Positions 8,034 through 17,395 of a DNA stretch of 27,159 bases are shown here, in pieces. Position 1 is the stretch's first letter; each line of letters starts with the position of its first letter. The position numbers and the translations under genes are program-made. Source of the DNA: a virus (taxonomy: Duplodnaviria; Caudoviricetes); IMG/VR virus record IMGVR_UViG_3300030332_001107, positions 1 through 27,159 of that record, one strand, 5' to 3'. The notes under the pieces are model-generated. The model saw only the letters and a program-made list of their open reading frames with translations, was not told the DNA's origin and ran no database searches.

Positions 8034-8150
8034 ATCAACAAAACATTCAAAAACAAGTATCAAGACAATTCAAAACTCAAAAAGTTTTAAAGTACAAATG
8101 TATTCTTTTTAATACAATCTTAGACTACTTTTATTGTATCTTTTTAACAA

Positions 8151-9251
8151 TTAAAAATAATGAGTAATTCTTGCAATTTGTCCCTCTTTTTTAGAATGTA
8201 TAAAAGCTTCAACTGCTTTATTGATTCCAGTAAATCCTTTTCTAGAATGCCAGGAATCTGAAGAAGATGGACTTCTAAGATATTCAACTGAAACTCCAAT
8301 AAAGTCTTTTCCATCAAGCCACTTATGCTTTACTTTATGATGAATATGATGAAGATACCAGTATCTAAATTTAGTTGCTGACCATTCTTTGCTTCTTTCT
8401 TGAGCCATCAATAAAGGAAGTCTGTCAATTTTTGCAGAATCTCCATGCTCTAAGCCAATAAGATTTTCTCCATAAGTATAGTAGCTTCTATGAGCTGGAG
8501 AAACTTCAACTGATATATCATCTGCTTTTCTGAACCAAGCTTTCAAAGCTTGAGCAAGATGAAAACCAGCTTGATAGTCATGATTAGATAAGGAATGAAT
8601 GCAATCTACTGGAGCAATTTTTCTCAGTATTTCTACACACTTAATATATAACTCCAAAGCAACTTCAAAATGCTCCCACCATTTTCCAGCAGAATCTACA
8701 TAAGTTCCTTTGCAAGTTGTACTATAAGGAGTATCTGTATGCAAGACATCATTTCCAATACAGAATAAAATCTTTTCTATCTCAAATCCTTTTGACTTTT
8801 CAAGCAGTCCATGGATTCCATCTATAACTCTTTTGACTGCAATTTCACTATTATAAGCTTCTCCAGTTTCTTTTTCAGCTGAATATTTTCCAATATGAAT
8901 ATCTGCTGGATTAATTACAAGAAGATTCTTATTACCTTTTTCATTTTGAGTTCTTATGAGTTCAGTATAATCTGGAGAATGCTTACTTATTAAGTCATTG
9001 ACTTGAGAAAAAATTGATTCTTCATTGATTCCAACATCAGCTTTGGTAACAATAGAGAATCTATATTCTCCAGAAGCAGACTGCCAGTGTTTAACACTTA
9101 CAATATCAGTCTTTTGAATACCTCTTTCTTTAATATGAATATCCAGAGCAGTATTTCCATTGATATTCTCAATAGAATCAGCTCTACATTCATGAATCAA
9201 TTCAACTTCTTCTTCAGTAAGTCTCTTGATATATTTCTTTAGCTTTGAAAT
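8151..9251 (-). CDS. Calcineurin-like metallophosphoesterase (start uncertain: TTG 9200 or upstream; frame open to 9251)
   Basis: ADIHIGK, GNDVLH, SNHD, EHGD and HHIHH metal-binding motifs. Confidence 0.85.
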   Translation of the reverse strand: MSKLKKYIKRLTEEEVELIHECRADSIENINGNTALDIHIKERGIQKTDIVSVKHWQSASGEYRFSIVTKADVGINEESIFSQVNDLISKHSPDYTELIRTQNEKGNKNLLVINPADIHIGKYSAEKETGEAYNSEIAVKRVIDGIHGLLEKSKGFEIEKILFCIGNDVLHTDTPYSTTCKGTYVDSAGKWWEHFEVALELYIKCVEILRKIAPVDCIHSLSNHDYQAGFHLAQALKAWFRKADDISVEVSPAHRSYYTYGENLIGLEHGDSAKIDRLPLLMAQERSKEWSATKFRYWYLHHIHHKVKHKWLDGKDFIGVSVEYLRSPSSSDSWHSRKGFTGINKAVEAFIHSKKEGQIARITHYF

Positions 9252-9440
9252 TTACTTTGCTTCTTTTCCATGGTCAGCCAAGCTTTGTCCACCCAGCATA
9301 GCAATAAGACTCCACCAGATTTGACTTACTGAATTTTCATCTACATCTAATGCTTTTGCAATTAGTGGAATAATTATAGAAGCTATACCTAGCCACACCT
9401 TTTTTGAAGTCAAAAGTTTGCTTATAATGTAATTTTTCAT
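9252..9440 (-). CDS. Putative holin (two hydrophobic segments)
   Basis: SKKVWLGIASIIIPLIA and IWWSLIAMLGGQ; adjacent to the lysin. Confidence 0.7.
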   Translation of the reverse strand: MKNYIISKLLTSKKVWLGIASIIIPLIAKALDVDENSVSQIWWSLIAMLGGQSLADHGKEAK

Positions 9441-9442
9441 GT

Positions 9443-9886
9443 CTATTTTTTTTTAATTATTAATTGTATTACTAACTCTTCATCTTCCTTTTCCTTAATC
9501 TCATGAACTCTTTTCATGAGTAAATTTTGAGCTGTAGTTGAATCTCCAACAAAATCCTTTTTTCTATTCATTCCAGGAAGAATACAACCTCTGGAATCTG
9601 AGCTAGATAAATCTTGAGAATTTAGATAGTTTCCAATATGGACTAAAATATAGCTCCTTCCAGGTACATCTTTCACTAAAAGATGGTCATACTTTCTGGA
9701 AGCTGATTCTTCTGCTTTTCTTATTCTGCAAAAGTACACTCCTAAAGGAATACAAGAAATGCTTTGCTTATTCTCCAGCCAGCTCATTTCTCCAGTATAG
9801 CATAGAAATTCTCCATTGAAATAAAGCTTTCCAGAAGTTGATTTTTCTGTATAAATATCTCTTTCTATTAGTAAATCTATTTTCAT
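9443..9886 (-). CDS. DUF5675-family putative endolysin (L,D-peptidase-like)
   Basis: ST.GKLY…SCIP.G.Y…V.DVPGRSYILVH.GN…DSRGCILPG. Confidence 0.85.
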   Translation of the reverse strand: MKIDLLIERDIYTEKSTSGKLYFNGEFLCYTGEMSWLENKQSISCIPLGVYFCRIRKAEESASRKYDHLLVKDVPGRSYILVHIGNYLNSQDLSSSDSRGCILPGMNRKKDFVGDSTTAQNLLMKRVHEIKEKEDEELVIQLIIKKK

Positions 9887-10053
9887 TTTTTACGCTTATT
9901 TAAAATTTCATAAATCTTTAAAAAAGTATAAATTAAAGTTCCCACTAAAATTAAAGTTCTTATAGCTTCATTTATGCTAGTCAAACTTATTCCAATTCCA
10001 GTTGCATTGACAGCTATAAATTCTGCTGTATCTTTTATTTGAGTTTGATTCAT
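9883..10053 (-). CDS. Unlisted 56 aa holin-like membrane protein
   Basis: Hand-translated MNQTQIKDTAEFIAVNATGIGISLTSINEAIRTLILVGTLIYTFLKIYEILNKRKK; TGA overlaps the lysin ATG. Confidence 0.75.
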   Translation of the reverse strand: MNQTQIKDTAEFIAVNATGIGISLTSINEAIRTLILVGTLIYTFLKIYEILNKRKK

Positions 10054-10067
10054 TATTCATTCATTAT

Positions 10068-10304
10068 TCATTCATCTGGAGCTTCTGGAGTCCATTCAGA
10101 GCCACTTAAAATAATAAGTATTTGACTATGAGTGTATTGAGTTTTTCCATCTAAAAAGCCAGGAGTATCTCCAATAAATTTAACTAAAGTTTTAGTTCCA
10201 TCTACAGAATATCTTAAAGTCTCTACTGAAGTTTCTATTACTTCTGAGAAATTAATTGAGCTAACCTCTGAGCTTTCTATTATAATATATTTTTTATTTT
10301 CCAT
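10068..10304 (-). CDS. Small protein downstream of the LamG tail protein (possible tail-tip accessory)
   Basis: INFSEVIETS..TLRYS.DGTK..VKF.G.TP.FL…YTH…SEWT, a family I recall next to LamG tail proteins in aquatic phages. Confidence 0.75.
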   Translation of the reverse strand: MENKKYIIIESSEVSSINFSEVIETSVETLRYSVDGTKTLVKFIGDTPGFLDGKTQYTHSQILIILSGSEWTPEAPDE

Positions 10305-10313
10305 TTATTTATT

Positions 10314-13300
10314 TTAACTAGGCACATCTTCGGTTATGTCGCTATCAACCATATTTGTCATTGTTGCATCATTACTTTCATCACTTGCATCTTCAATTGT
10401 TGGATATTCTGAAGTTCCATCTGGGTCTCCATTTCTCCAATAACCATTTAAGTTTGCACTACTTTCATAGTCCCCAGCATCTACATTCAAATCAGTTGGC
10501 TCTCCACTATTGTAAATTGCAGTTACTTCCGCTGCTGATAAGGTGCTACTCCAATTTCCAACTTCATCAATATGCCCTCCAAATATTCCCCAAGTTCCAT
10601 TAGCCCACCTACCAATATAACAAGGAGTAGAACCTTCGTCTACCGCTACTTCTTCTGATTTTGTATCTTTTAAATCCCCATTTATATAGAATTTCATTTC
10701 TCCTTTCTCTTGATTTAAAGTAACAACTAAATGATACCAAGCCGTTCCATCAGGTAGGGTGTAGGCAAAAGTAGCACAAGACCCATATAAGGGATGGTCT
10801 ATTCTTACTCTGTTGCCACTATCTACCCAATAGGAAAAATCTGAAACATAGGGATAACCAGCAGACATTATGATGTCATCATTCATACTTGTTGATTTTT
10901 TAAACCAAACTGAAAAAGATGATGTAGTAGCCCCAGTTTTAAAGCCAGAAGCTATAAGCAAATAGTCATCCACTCCATCAAACAACAAAGAATAACTATT
11001 ACTCCAACCTGGTGGGGGTGGTGTCCAGGGTGTTACTTCTGTTAAATCAAATTTGTAATTAGTAACATCTCCACCAGCTTGTGTTTTTACTAGCATATCT
11101 CCATCATCACCAGTCTGAGTTCCATCACTAAGCCACATTACTGAATTGCCCTCAATAGGGTCGGCTGGGTCAGTATTTCTTTCTGTAAAAGAGTAGTCTG
11201 ATATATTGATAGTTCCTCTTGTTTTATGCTGATACTGAGAAGCCAAATCATCTTCAGCAATTTTTAAGATTGCTCCAGAAGCTATATTTTTATCTGGAGT
11301 AAAAGCATCAACTGAAATTGAAGTATCAGTAGCTCCCTGGTCAGCACTCAAAGTAAGTCTAATTTTCTGTTTTGAGACAAAATCAAATAAGTCCACTTTG
11401 TCTCCAGCTTTCAATACAGCAGTTCCAAGTGCTTGAATATCAATTGACTCATAAGCAGTTTGCATCAAGAATAATTCAGTAGTAAAAGTCAGTCCCTCAA
11501 ATCCTCTCTGTCTATTTACTGACATTGCATTTCCACTTCCAGGTGGAGCTAGTTTCATATCTGCATTATTACTATCATCATCAGTAGGAATTTGACCAGT
11601 TCCAGTAGAAGTAGTAGTCCCAGTGGTAGAATCATAGACCATTTCAAACCATTTTCCACTCCATTCATCTTTTCCAGTAGTAAAAGTTCCTTCCATCATT
11701 ACATTTGGAACAGAATAAACATCAAGAAATCTTCCAATAGGATTCATATATTTTGGATATCCTGGACTTCTTTCTTTCTCAGTATTTCCACAAGCAAAAG
11801 TTGCATTTAATTGCTTTGATGGAACACTTTGCATATTTAAAGCATCTCTACAAAGTAATTCAGTAATTGTATCATTCCCACTCAAAGTCCCAGCTCCCCA
11901 AGTTCCAGTATGATTACTACCAACAAAACTTGTTCCATTCCATACTTTTATACTTGTTCCATATATTATATCAGTATCTCCCCAGAGCATATCTCCCAAG
12001 TCCATCTTGTAAGAGTCAGGAGTACTGATAGTATAGGAAGTAGTTGTACCTATTGCACTTATATTTCCACCAAAGACTGGAGAAATTAAATTCATATTAC
12101 TAGGAATAGTTGATTGAGTTCTAAAAATTTGACCAGTAGGATAAGCTGGCTGAGTTCCAGAATCAAAGGGACTATCAATTGAAGAAGCATTTGAATCTAC
12201 ACTACCATGTCCAGACCAGCTACTATCATAAGACCAGATAGCAGACCAGGTGACAATTTCAAAGTCCCAGCTTCCAGTCATGGAAGAGTCTGGTGGAATT
12301 GTTCTCATAGGGAACATCATACTGGAAGCATAAGTATTATCAACAATATTATGATTTGACATTCCTGGCTGAATTGTAAGTCTTTGATAAAACAATCCAC
12401 TTGCATTTGGAACATTTATACTACCACCTGGAAATCCTCCACCTGGTCTTATCCACTCAGTTCCATTTTGTATGTAATTCATATCTGGCTCATAGTACTC
12501 ATACCATCTATAAGTGCCAATTGGAAAAGTACTCCAATCACAATCAATAGCCAAAGCTCCAGCAGCAGCAGTCCAAGCAGTTGCAGTTGATGGTCTTGCT
12601 CTTATAGTCCAATTTAAATCAATATCAACTGGAAAAGCTAAAGGATTATTAATATTCAAGTAAATTTGCAAGTAAAGTCCATCAAAGCTTGTAAAGTCAT
12701 TTAGTGTACCAATCGGACAGCTTGTAGTATCTCCAGTATCAGTAGCTGGATTAGTTGAAGTATCTTGACCATAAATCTCTGGAAAACATTGATAAAAACT
12801 TATATTAGTTATACTTCTCCAACCAGCTATGACTTGTCGTACTGGTGGAAAAGCACCCCACTTACCCCCAGAAAGCTTATTGATTCCCTCTCCTGGATTT
12901 GTAGCATTTTCAGCTTCTAAGTCATAAGCAGATAATACTGCATTACCCAGAAAAGCTTGACTTGAAACAAAAGCTCCAGACATATCATAGATTCTAGTAG
13001 GTATATTTACTGGATTTGCAATAGTTCCAGATTCATCAATTTGGTATTGACTTGGCTGAATAAAATGCACAACATTATTCCAATATACCACTCTCATTCC
13101 AAAGAGTTTACACAGATTTTCTAGTATATGATAGCAAGACTTTGCTTCATAGAGTAAAGTAGTTGTACTATTCGCATCAAGTAATGTATAAGCTTGAGTC
13201 ATGTCTACTTGAGTCCACTTTAAAGGGTCATCTGCTTGATTCATGCTTGGCATGTCAGCGTTATACCAATTGACTGCTGTCTGTATTGTATAATCTACAC

Positions 13301-13847
13301 CACCACCAGTAGTAGAATCTGCAAGTCCAACTTTATCCAGTACTTCAGCAAGCCACTCTATAATAGTCTGATAACCATAACTGCTTGTCATGTAAGTATT
13401 TGCTTTAGTATAAGGAGTGATATTAGCATTATCTGGAATGAAATCTAGGTCTTTCAATAATCCAATTCCATCAACAGCTTTCAATTTTACTTCAAAAGGA
13501 TAAAATTCATCTTGTTCACTGGACAAATCCATTATCAGAAATCCACTCCAAATAAGTGTAGAATATTCATAAAGATGCACATAAATATCTTTTTCTTCTT
13601 TTGTAGTTCTTAATAAGTTTATCCATGTATTTTGTAAAACATTTTCTACTATGAAAGGAATTTCTAAAGTTCCAGCCAGTATTGGAGAAAGCTTCTGATT
13701 TCCAGAAGAAGAATACTTCAATACACAGCCACCCTCTCCAACAGAAAAATCTAGTGGACTTGAAGAATAGTCAGTGTCCCAAATATCAATAGTATATTCT
13801 GAATTGTTCCAGCTTTTATATTCTCCTCTCCATTTTACTGCTCCCAT
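10314..13847 (-). CDS. Large tail-tip/receptor-binding protein with C-terminal LamG (concanavalin A-like) domain
   Basis: Follows the tape measure; YSLLFDGVDDY…WYHLVVT…FYING…G.IDEV..W…LSA.EV..IYN motifs. Confidence 0.85.
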   Translation of the reverse strand: MGAVKWRGEYKSWNNSEYTIDIWDTDYSSSPLDFSVGEGGCVLKYSSSGNQKLSPILAGTLEIPFIVENVLQNTWINLLRTTKEEKDIYVHLYEYSTLIWSGFLIMDLSSEQDEFYPFEVKLKAVDGIGLLKDLDFIPDNANITPYTKANTYMTSSYGYQTIIEWLAEVLDKVGLADSTTGGGVDYTIQTAVNWYNADMPSMNQADDPLKWTQVDMTQAYTLLDANSTTTLLYEAKSCYHILENLCKLFGMRVVYWNNVVHFIQPSQYQIDESGTIANPVNIPTRIYDMSGAFVSSQAFLGNAVLSAYDLEAENATNPGEGINKLSGGKWGAFPPVRQVIAGWRSITNISFYQCFPEIYGQDTSTNPATDTGDTTSCPIGTLNDFTSFDGLYLQIYLNINNPLAFPVDIDLNWTIRARPSTATAWTAAAGALAIDCDWSTFPIGTYRWYEYYEPDMNYIQNGTEWIRPGGGFPGGSINVPNASGLFYQRLTIQPGMSNHNIVDNTYASSMMFPMRTIPPDSSMTGSWDFEIVTWSAIWSYDSSWSGHGSVDSNASSIDSPFDSGTQPAYPTGQIFRTQSTIPSNMNLISPVFGGNISAIGTTTSYTISTPDSYKMDLGDMLWGDTDIIYGTSIKVWNGTSFVGSNHTGTWGAGTLSGNDTITELLCRDALNMQSVPSKQLNATFACGNTEKERSPGYPKYMNPIGRFLDVYSVPNVMMEGTFTTGKDEWSGKWFEMVYDSTTGTTTSTGTGQIPTDDDSNNADMKLAPPGSGNAMSVNRQRGFEGLTFTTELFLMQTAYESIDIQALGTAVLKAGDKVDLFDFVSKQKIRLTLSADQGATDTSISVDAFTPDKNIASGAILKIAEDDLASQYQHKTRGTINISDYSFTERNTDPADPIEGNSVMWLSDGTQTGDDGDMLVKTQAGGDVTNYKFDLTEVTPWTPPPPGWSNSYSLLFDGVDDYLLIASGFKTGATTSSFSVWFKKSTSMNDDIIMSAGYPYVSDFSYWVDSGNRVRIDHPLYGSCATFAYTLPDGTAWYHLVVTLNQEKGEMKFYINGDLKDTKSEEVAVDEGSTPCYIGRWANGTWGIFGGHIDEVGNWSSTLSAAEVTAIYNSGEPTDLNVDAGDYESSANLNGYWRNGDPDGTSEYPTIEDASDESNDATMTNMVDSDITEDVPS

Positions 13848-13850
13848 AAT

Positions 13851-16604
13851 TTATACAAATCTAAGTCTATCATCTTGAGCTTGCTCATTTGCTAAAAGTA
13901 TATCATTTCCACTTATACTTCCAACTAATTTTATTTGCTGGAGTTTCTCAGTTCCAGTTCCAAGTAAATTTCTTAAAGTATTCAAAGGAGCAATTACTTC
14001 TGGATTCATCTTTGCTCCAGGATAATCTCCAACTGCTGCAAGACTTTCTCCATAAGCAATTCCACCCTCAGCAAGACTAGGAATAGGAGTAGAAGCTATC
14101 ATTCCAACTTGAGCCATTCCTAAAACTCCAACTATTCCAGCAAGAACTAAATTCAAGGGACTCCATGGTTTCATTCCTAAAGCTCCAGTGATTGCATTGA
14201 ATGTGGACATCAAAGCAGAAGCAATATTCATCATTTTTTCTCTCTTTGCTGCTTTTCTTGCTAATCTTCTTTTGGCTTTATCTTGCTTTTCTCCTAAAGT
14301 ATTCTCTGCTTTTGCTCTTTTTTCATCATGCAATTTTAGTAATTCATCTTTTCTTTCTTCACTTATATTCAGATTCTCTATTCTTTCTTGTTCCCTATTC
14401 CATTCTTCTTCAAAAGCTGCATTTTCTTCTTCTTGCTTTTTCTCTAAAGTTGCTGATTGCTGCTCAGAAAGAGCTGAAAGAAAGCCACTTATTGCTGACA
14501 AAATCATTTCAGCCTTTTGAGCAAATTTTTTCCATGATTCAATCATTTCATCTGCTGCTTTCTCTTGCTCTGAGACTTCTTCTGATTTTGCTTTTTTAAA
14601 TTCTGCTAATTGCTTATCTAATAATTTTTTTCTTTTAATTGCATAGTTATCTAAAATCTTCTGCTTCAAAGCTTCAGAATTTTCCATTCCTACTACTCCA
14701 GCTAGTTCATTTTCTTCTTCTATATCTAAAGAAATTCTTGCTGCTTCTTGTTCATTTGTAGCATTTAATACTCTAAACTTATTTTTCAATTCTAGCATTC
14801 TTTGCTCAGAATCTTTTATAGCTTGTTCCTTTTTTTCTCTGGCTGTTTTTTCTTCATCAGTTTCTGGAATTGTCTCAGTTTTTCCATCATCAGTTTTTCC
14901 ATCATCAGTTTTTCCATCAGCAAGAGCTTTTGCATAAGCTTCATTGTAAGCTTCACCAGAATTTGCTCCAGATAGTGCTGCTGCTTCTTCAGCTGCTTTG
15001 TCAGCCAAACTTATAGATTCTTCTTCTTCAATTTTCTCTTTATATCCATCTTTAAATGAATCAGCAATAGCTTTCCCATAAGTCCCAAAAGCATTTTTTG
15101 CATTATTAAAACCTTTTTTGATTCTATCTGTATCTAAAGTAAAAATTCCTATCAATATATCTCCAATTCCCCCTAAGACTCCTTTTGCTAAGTCCCACAT
15201 TCCAGAGACATAAGCTTTGAAAGCATTGAATACTCCAGCAATTCCAGCTCTAAATTTTTGACTCTTATTATAAAGCAGAATAAAAGCTCCAACAAGAAGT
15301 GCAATCAAAGAAATTACAAATCCAATTGGATTTGCTTTCATTACAACATTCAATCCTATCATAGCAGCTCTAGCTCCTTTTATAAATTTAATTAAAGCAG
15401 CTAGTTTTATAGCTGCACTTCCAAAAATTGCTATCATAGGACCTACAGCAGCAACAAAAAGTAAGATGTTTACCATCGTATTCTTTGAAGAATCAGATAA
15501 ATTTGAAAACCAGCCAGCAAGTCTGGATACTCCAGCAGACAATTTTTCTACAACTGGAAATAAAGCTTCTCCAAGTTGAGTACCAGCAATTCTCAAATCA
15601 TTTAAAGCTTTGTCTAATTTGAAAGAAGATTTTTCAGCAGTAGTTTCAAAAGCATCATTTACAAAACCCTGGCTTTTCTCCATTTCTCCAAGAATCTTTT
15701 TATAATCTTCAGTAGATTCTCCTAAGACTCCCATGACACCTTTTAGAGCTTGAGACTTAGTAAAAAATTCTGACATCTGCATTCCATTTGCCTTAAATTC
15801 AGTTTGCAAATGTAAAAGAGTTGCTTGCAATCCATCTCTTCCCAGCATTTCTCTAAGACTTCCAGAAGTCATATTGATTTTTGCAAGAGCTTGTTCTTGT
15901 ATTGGAGCTATTTTAGCAAATGACATCATGACTGCTCCAAAGCCAGTTGCAGCTCCAGTTGCATCTCCAGTAGTTCTAGTATAAGTTGAGATAAAAGCTC
16001 CAACATCTTCAAAGCCAACTCCAAGATTATTAGCAAGACCAAGTTGTACTCCTAGTACTTTAGATAATTCTGCTGCATCAAACATTCCAGTCTTAACCAT
16101 TTGACCAAACATATCTAAAGCTCCAGTTGCATCAAGAGTCTCTGCTCCATAAGCATTTTGAGCAGCTGCTGCTACAACTGCTAAGTCTGCTTGTTCACCT
16201 AGACCAGAAGCAGTAGCTTTACTTACTTGCTCTAAAGCTTTCATTGCTCCCTCAGTACTAAGTCCAGCAGAAGTTAAAAAATAAAGTCCATCAGCTAAGT
16301 CTTTTGGAGCTTGAGCAGTTTCTCCAGCAAGTCCAAGTACTTGTTTTTTTAGTCCATCTACTTCAGTTTCTGAAACTCCAACTAGAGTATTGATTTTGGT
16401 CATTGACTTTTCAAAATCAGCAGCCATCTTAACTGAAGCTCCACCAATAAGAGCTATTGGCATTGTCAAATTTCTAGTCATATTAGCTCCAACTCTTTGT
16501 ACTGCTTTACCAAATTTATTGATTTTGTAAGCAGCTTTATTCATTGCTTTGTCAAAGCTGGTAGTGCTTGCTCCTAGTCTTACATTTAATTGAGCTTTAC
16601 TCAT
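13851..16604 (-). CDS. Tail tape measure protein (TP901-like core)
   Basis: LTMPIALIGGASVKMAADFEKSM…, ANPIGFVI and C-terminal LAEGGI…PEVIAPL; 917 aa helical. Confidence 0.95.
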   Translation of the reverse strand: MSKAQLNVRLGASTTSFDKAMNKAAYKINKFGKAVQRVGANMTRNLTMPIALIGGASVKMAADFEKSMTKINTLVGVSETEVDGLKKQVLGLAGETAQAPKDLADGLYFLTSAGLSTEGAMKALEQVSKATASGLGEQADLAVVAAAAQNAYGAETLDATGALDMFGQMVKTGMFDAAELSKVLGVQLGLANNLGVGFEDVGAFISTYTRTTGDATGAATGFGAVMMSFAKIAPIQEQALAKINMTSGSLREMLGRDGLQATLLHLQTEFKANGMQMSEFFTKSQALKGVMGVLGESTEDYKKILGEMEKSQGFVNDAFETTAEKSSFKLDKALNDLRIAGTQLGEALFPVVEKLSAGVSRLAGWFSNLSDSSKNTMVNILLFVAAVGPMIAIFGSAAIKLAALIKFIKGARAAMIGLNVVMKANPIGFVISLIALLVGAFILLYNKSQKFRAGIAGVFNAFKAYVSGMWDLAKGVLGGIGDILIGIFTLDTDRIKKGFNNAKNAFGTYGKAIADSFKDGYKEKIEEEESISLADKAAEEAAALSGANSGEAYNEAYAKALADGKTDDGKTDDGKTETIPETDEEKTAREKKEQAIKDSEQRMLELKNKFRVLNATNEQEAARISLDIEEENELAGVVGMENSEALKQKILDNYAIKRKKLLDKQLAEFKKAKSEEVSEQEKAADEMIESWKKFAQKAEMILSAISGFLSALSEQQSATLEKKQEEENAAFEEEWNREQERIENLNISEERKDELLKLHDEKRAKAENTLGEKQDKAKRRLARKAAKREKMMNIASALMSTFNAITGALGMKPWSPLNLVLAGIVGVLGMAQVGMIASTPIPSLAEGGIAYGESLAAVGDYPGAKMNPEVIAPLNTLRNLLGTGTEKLQQIKLVGSISGNDILLANEQAQDDRLRFV
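14875..14919. repeat. Perfect 15 bp tandem repeat x3 in the tape measure gene
   Basis: TCAGTTTTTCCATCA x3, encoding DGKTDDGKTDDGKTE. Confidence 0.95.
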
Positions 16605-16991
16605 AATTCTTATAATGTTTTTCGGCTGGCTTTATTCCCAGCTTTTTCATTTTTAAAGCAATTCTTTTACTGACTGCATCATAATCTTCAGTAGAAATCT
16701 TTGTTTGTTCCCAGTCAAATTTTATCAATTGAGTTGGCTTGATTGTTTTATGTTTTGGAAGATGTATATTTAATAAATAGCAAGTTTGCCAGCGACATCT
16801 TATCCATTCAGATTTTTCTCTTTGTTCCTCTTGCAACAAAAAACCATCTAAAGCATTCCAGAATGCTCTTGGAGTTAAATCATAAAGCTCATTATAACTT
16901 AATTTCATTTGCCCTATTCCAATTTCTTCAAGTCTGTCCCAGGTAAAAGACTTTACTTCTTGGCTTCTCCCTTTTTGACTATTTTTTTTTT
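16597..16991 (-). CDS. Tail assembly chaperone GT part, reached by a -1 frameshift
   Basis: The -1 frame is open from the A10 run through SFTWDRLEEIGIGQ into the listed ORF MKLSYNELYDLTP…; lies between G and tape measure. Confidence 0.75.
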
Positions 16992-17303
16992 CACTTTCTC
17001 TTTCTTCTCAGCTCCAGACATCATCTCAGCAAAAATATTCATTGCTCTTTCAATAGCTTCCATGTCAGTATCTAAGTCATCAGCTAAGTCATCAGAAGTA
17101 TAAGTACATTCTTCTTTTGCAACTCTATGACCATCAACAATAGCACAATGAATCATTGTTATTGCACTATCTAAAGTCATATTATTTCCTAGCACTTCCA
17201 TGTCTTGCAATTTCATTCCAGTAATCTTTGAAAATTTTCTCAGAGCTGAAAATCCAAACTTGATTGGTAATTTCTTACCATTTATTTCAATTATTTCATA
17301 CAT
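16953..17303 (-). CDS. Tail assembly chaperone G
   Basis: 116 aa, between tail tube and tape measure; slippery A10 and C-AAA-AAG near its end. Confidence 0.85.
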   Translation of the reverse strand: MYEIIEINGKKLPIKFGFSALRKFSKITGMKLQDMEVLGNNMTLDSAITMIHCAIVDGHRVAKEECTYTSDDLADDLDTDMEAIERAMNIFAEMMSGAEKKEKVKKKIVKKGEAKK

Positions 17304-17316
17304 TCTTTTATTCTTT

Positions 17317-17395
17317 TTATCGTTAGTATTATTATAAAGCCAAACCTAGAAATGAATCCAACGATAATCAGAATCATTCCTAAGCTCAACTTTAC
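17317..17395 (-). ncRNA. Candidate structured cis-regulatory RNA (long G-U-rich hairpin plus loop-downstream pairing)
   Basis: 27-position stem 17336-17393 with one U-U mismatch and 9 G-U pairs; 17358-17367 is complementary to 17317-17326. Confidence 0.6.

Noticed and set aside
8035-8095. Loose CAAAA/TTCAAAA repeats
   Set aside because: Low-complexity AT-rich sequence without a consistent unit.
10314-11170. Diversity-generating retroelement acting on the tail C-terminus
   Set aside because: No reverse transcriptase and no template/variable repeat pair seen.
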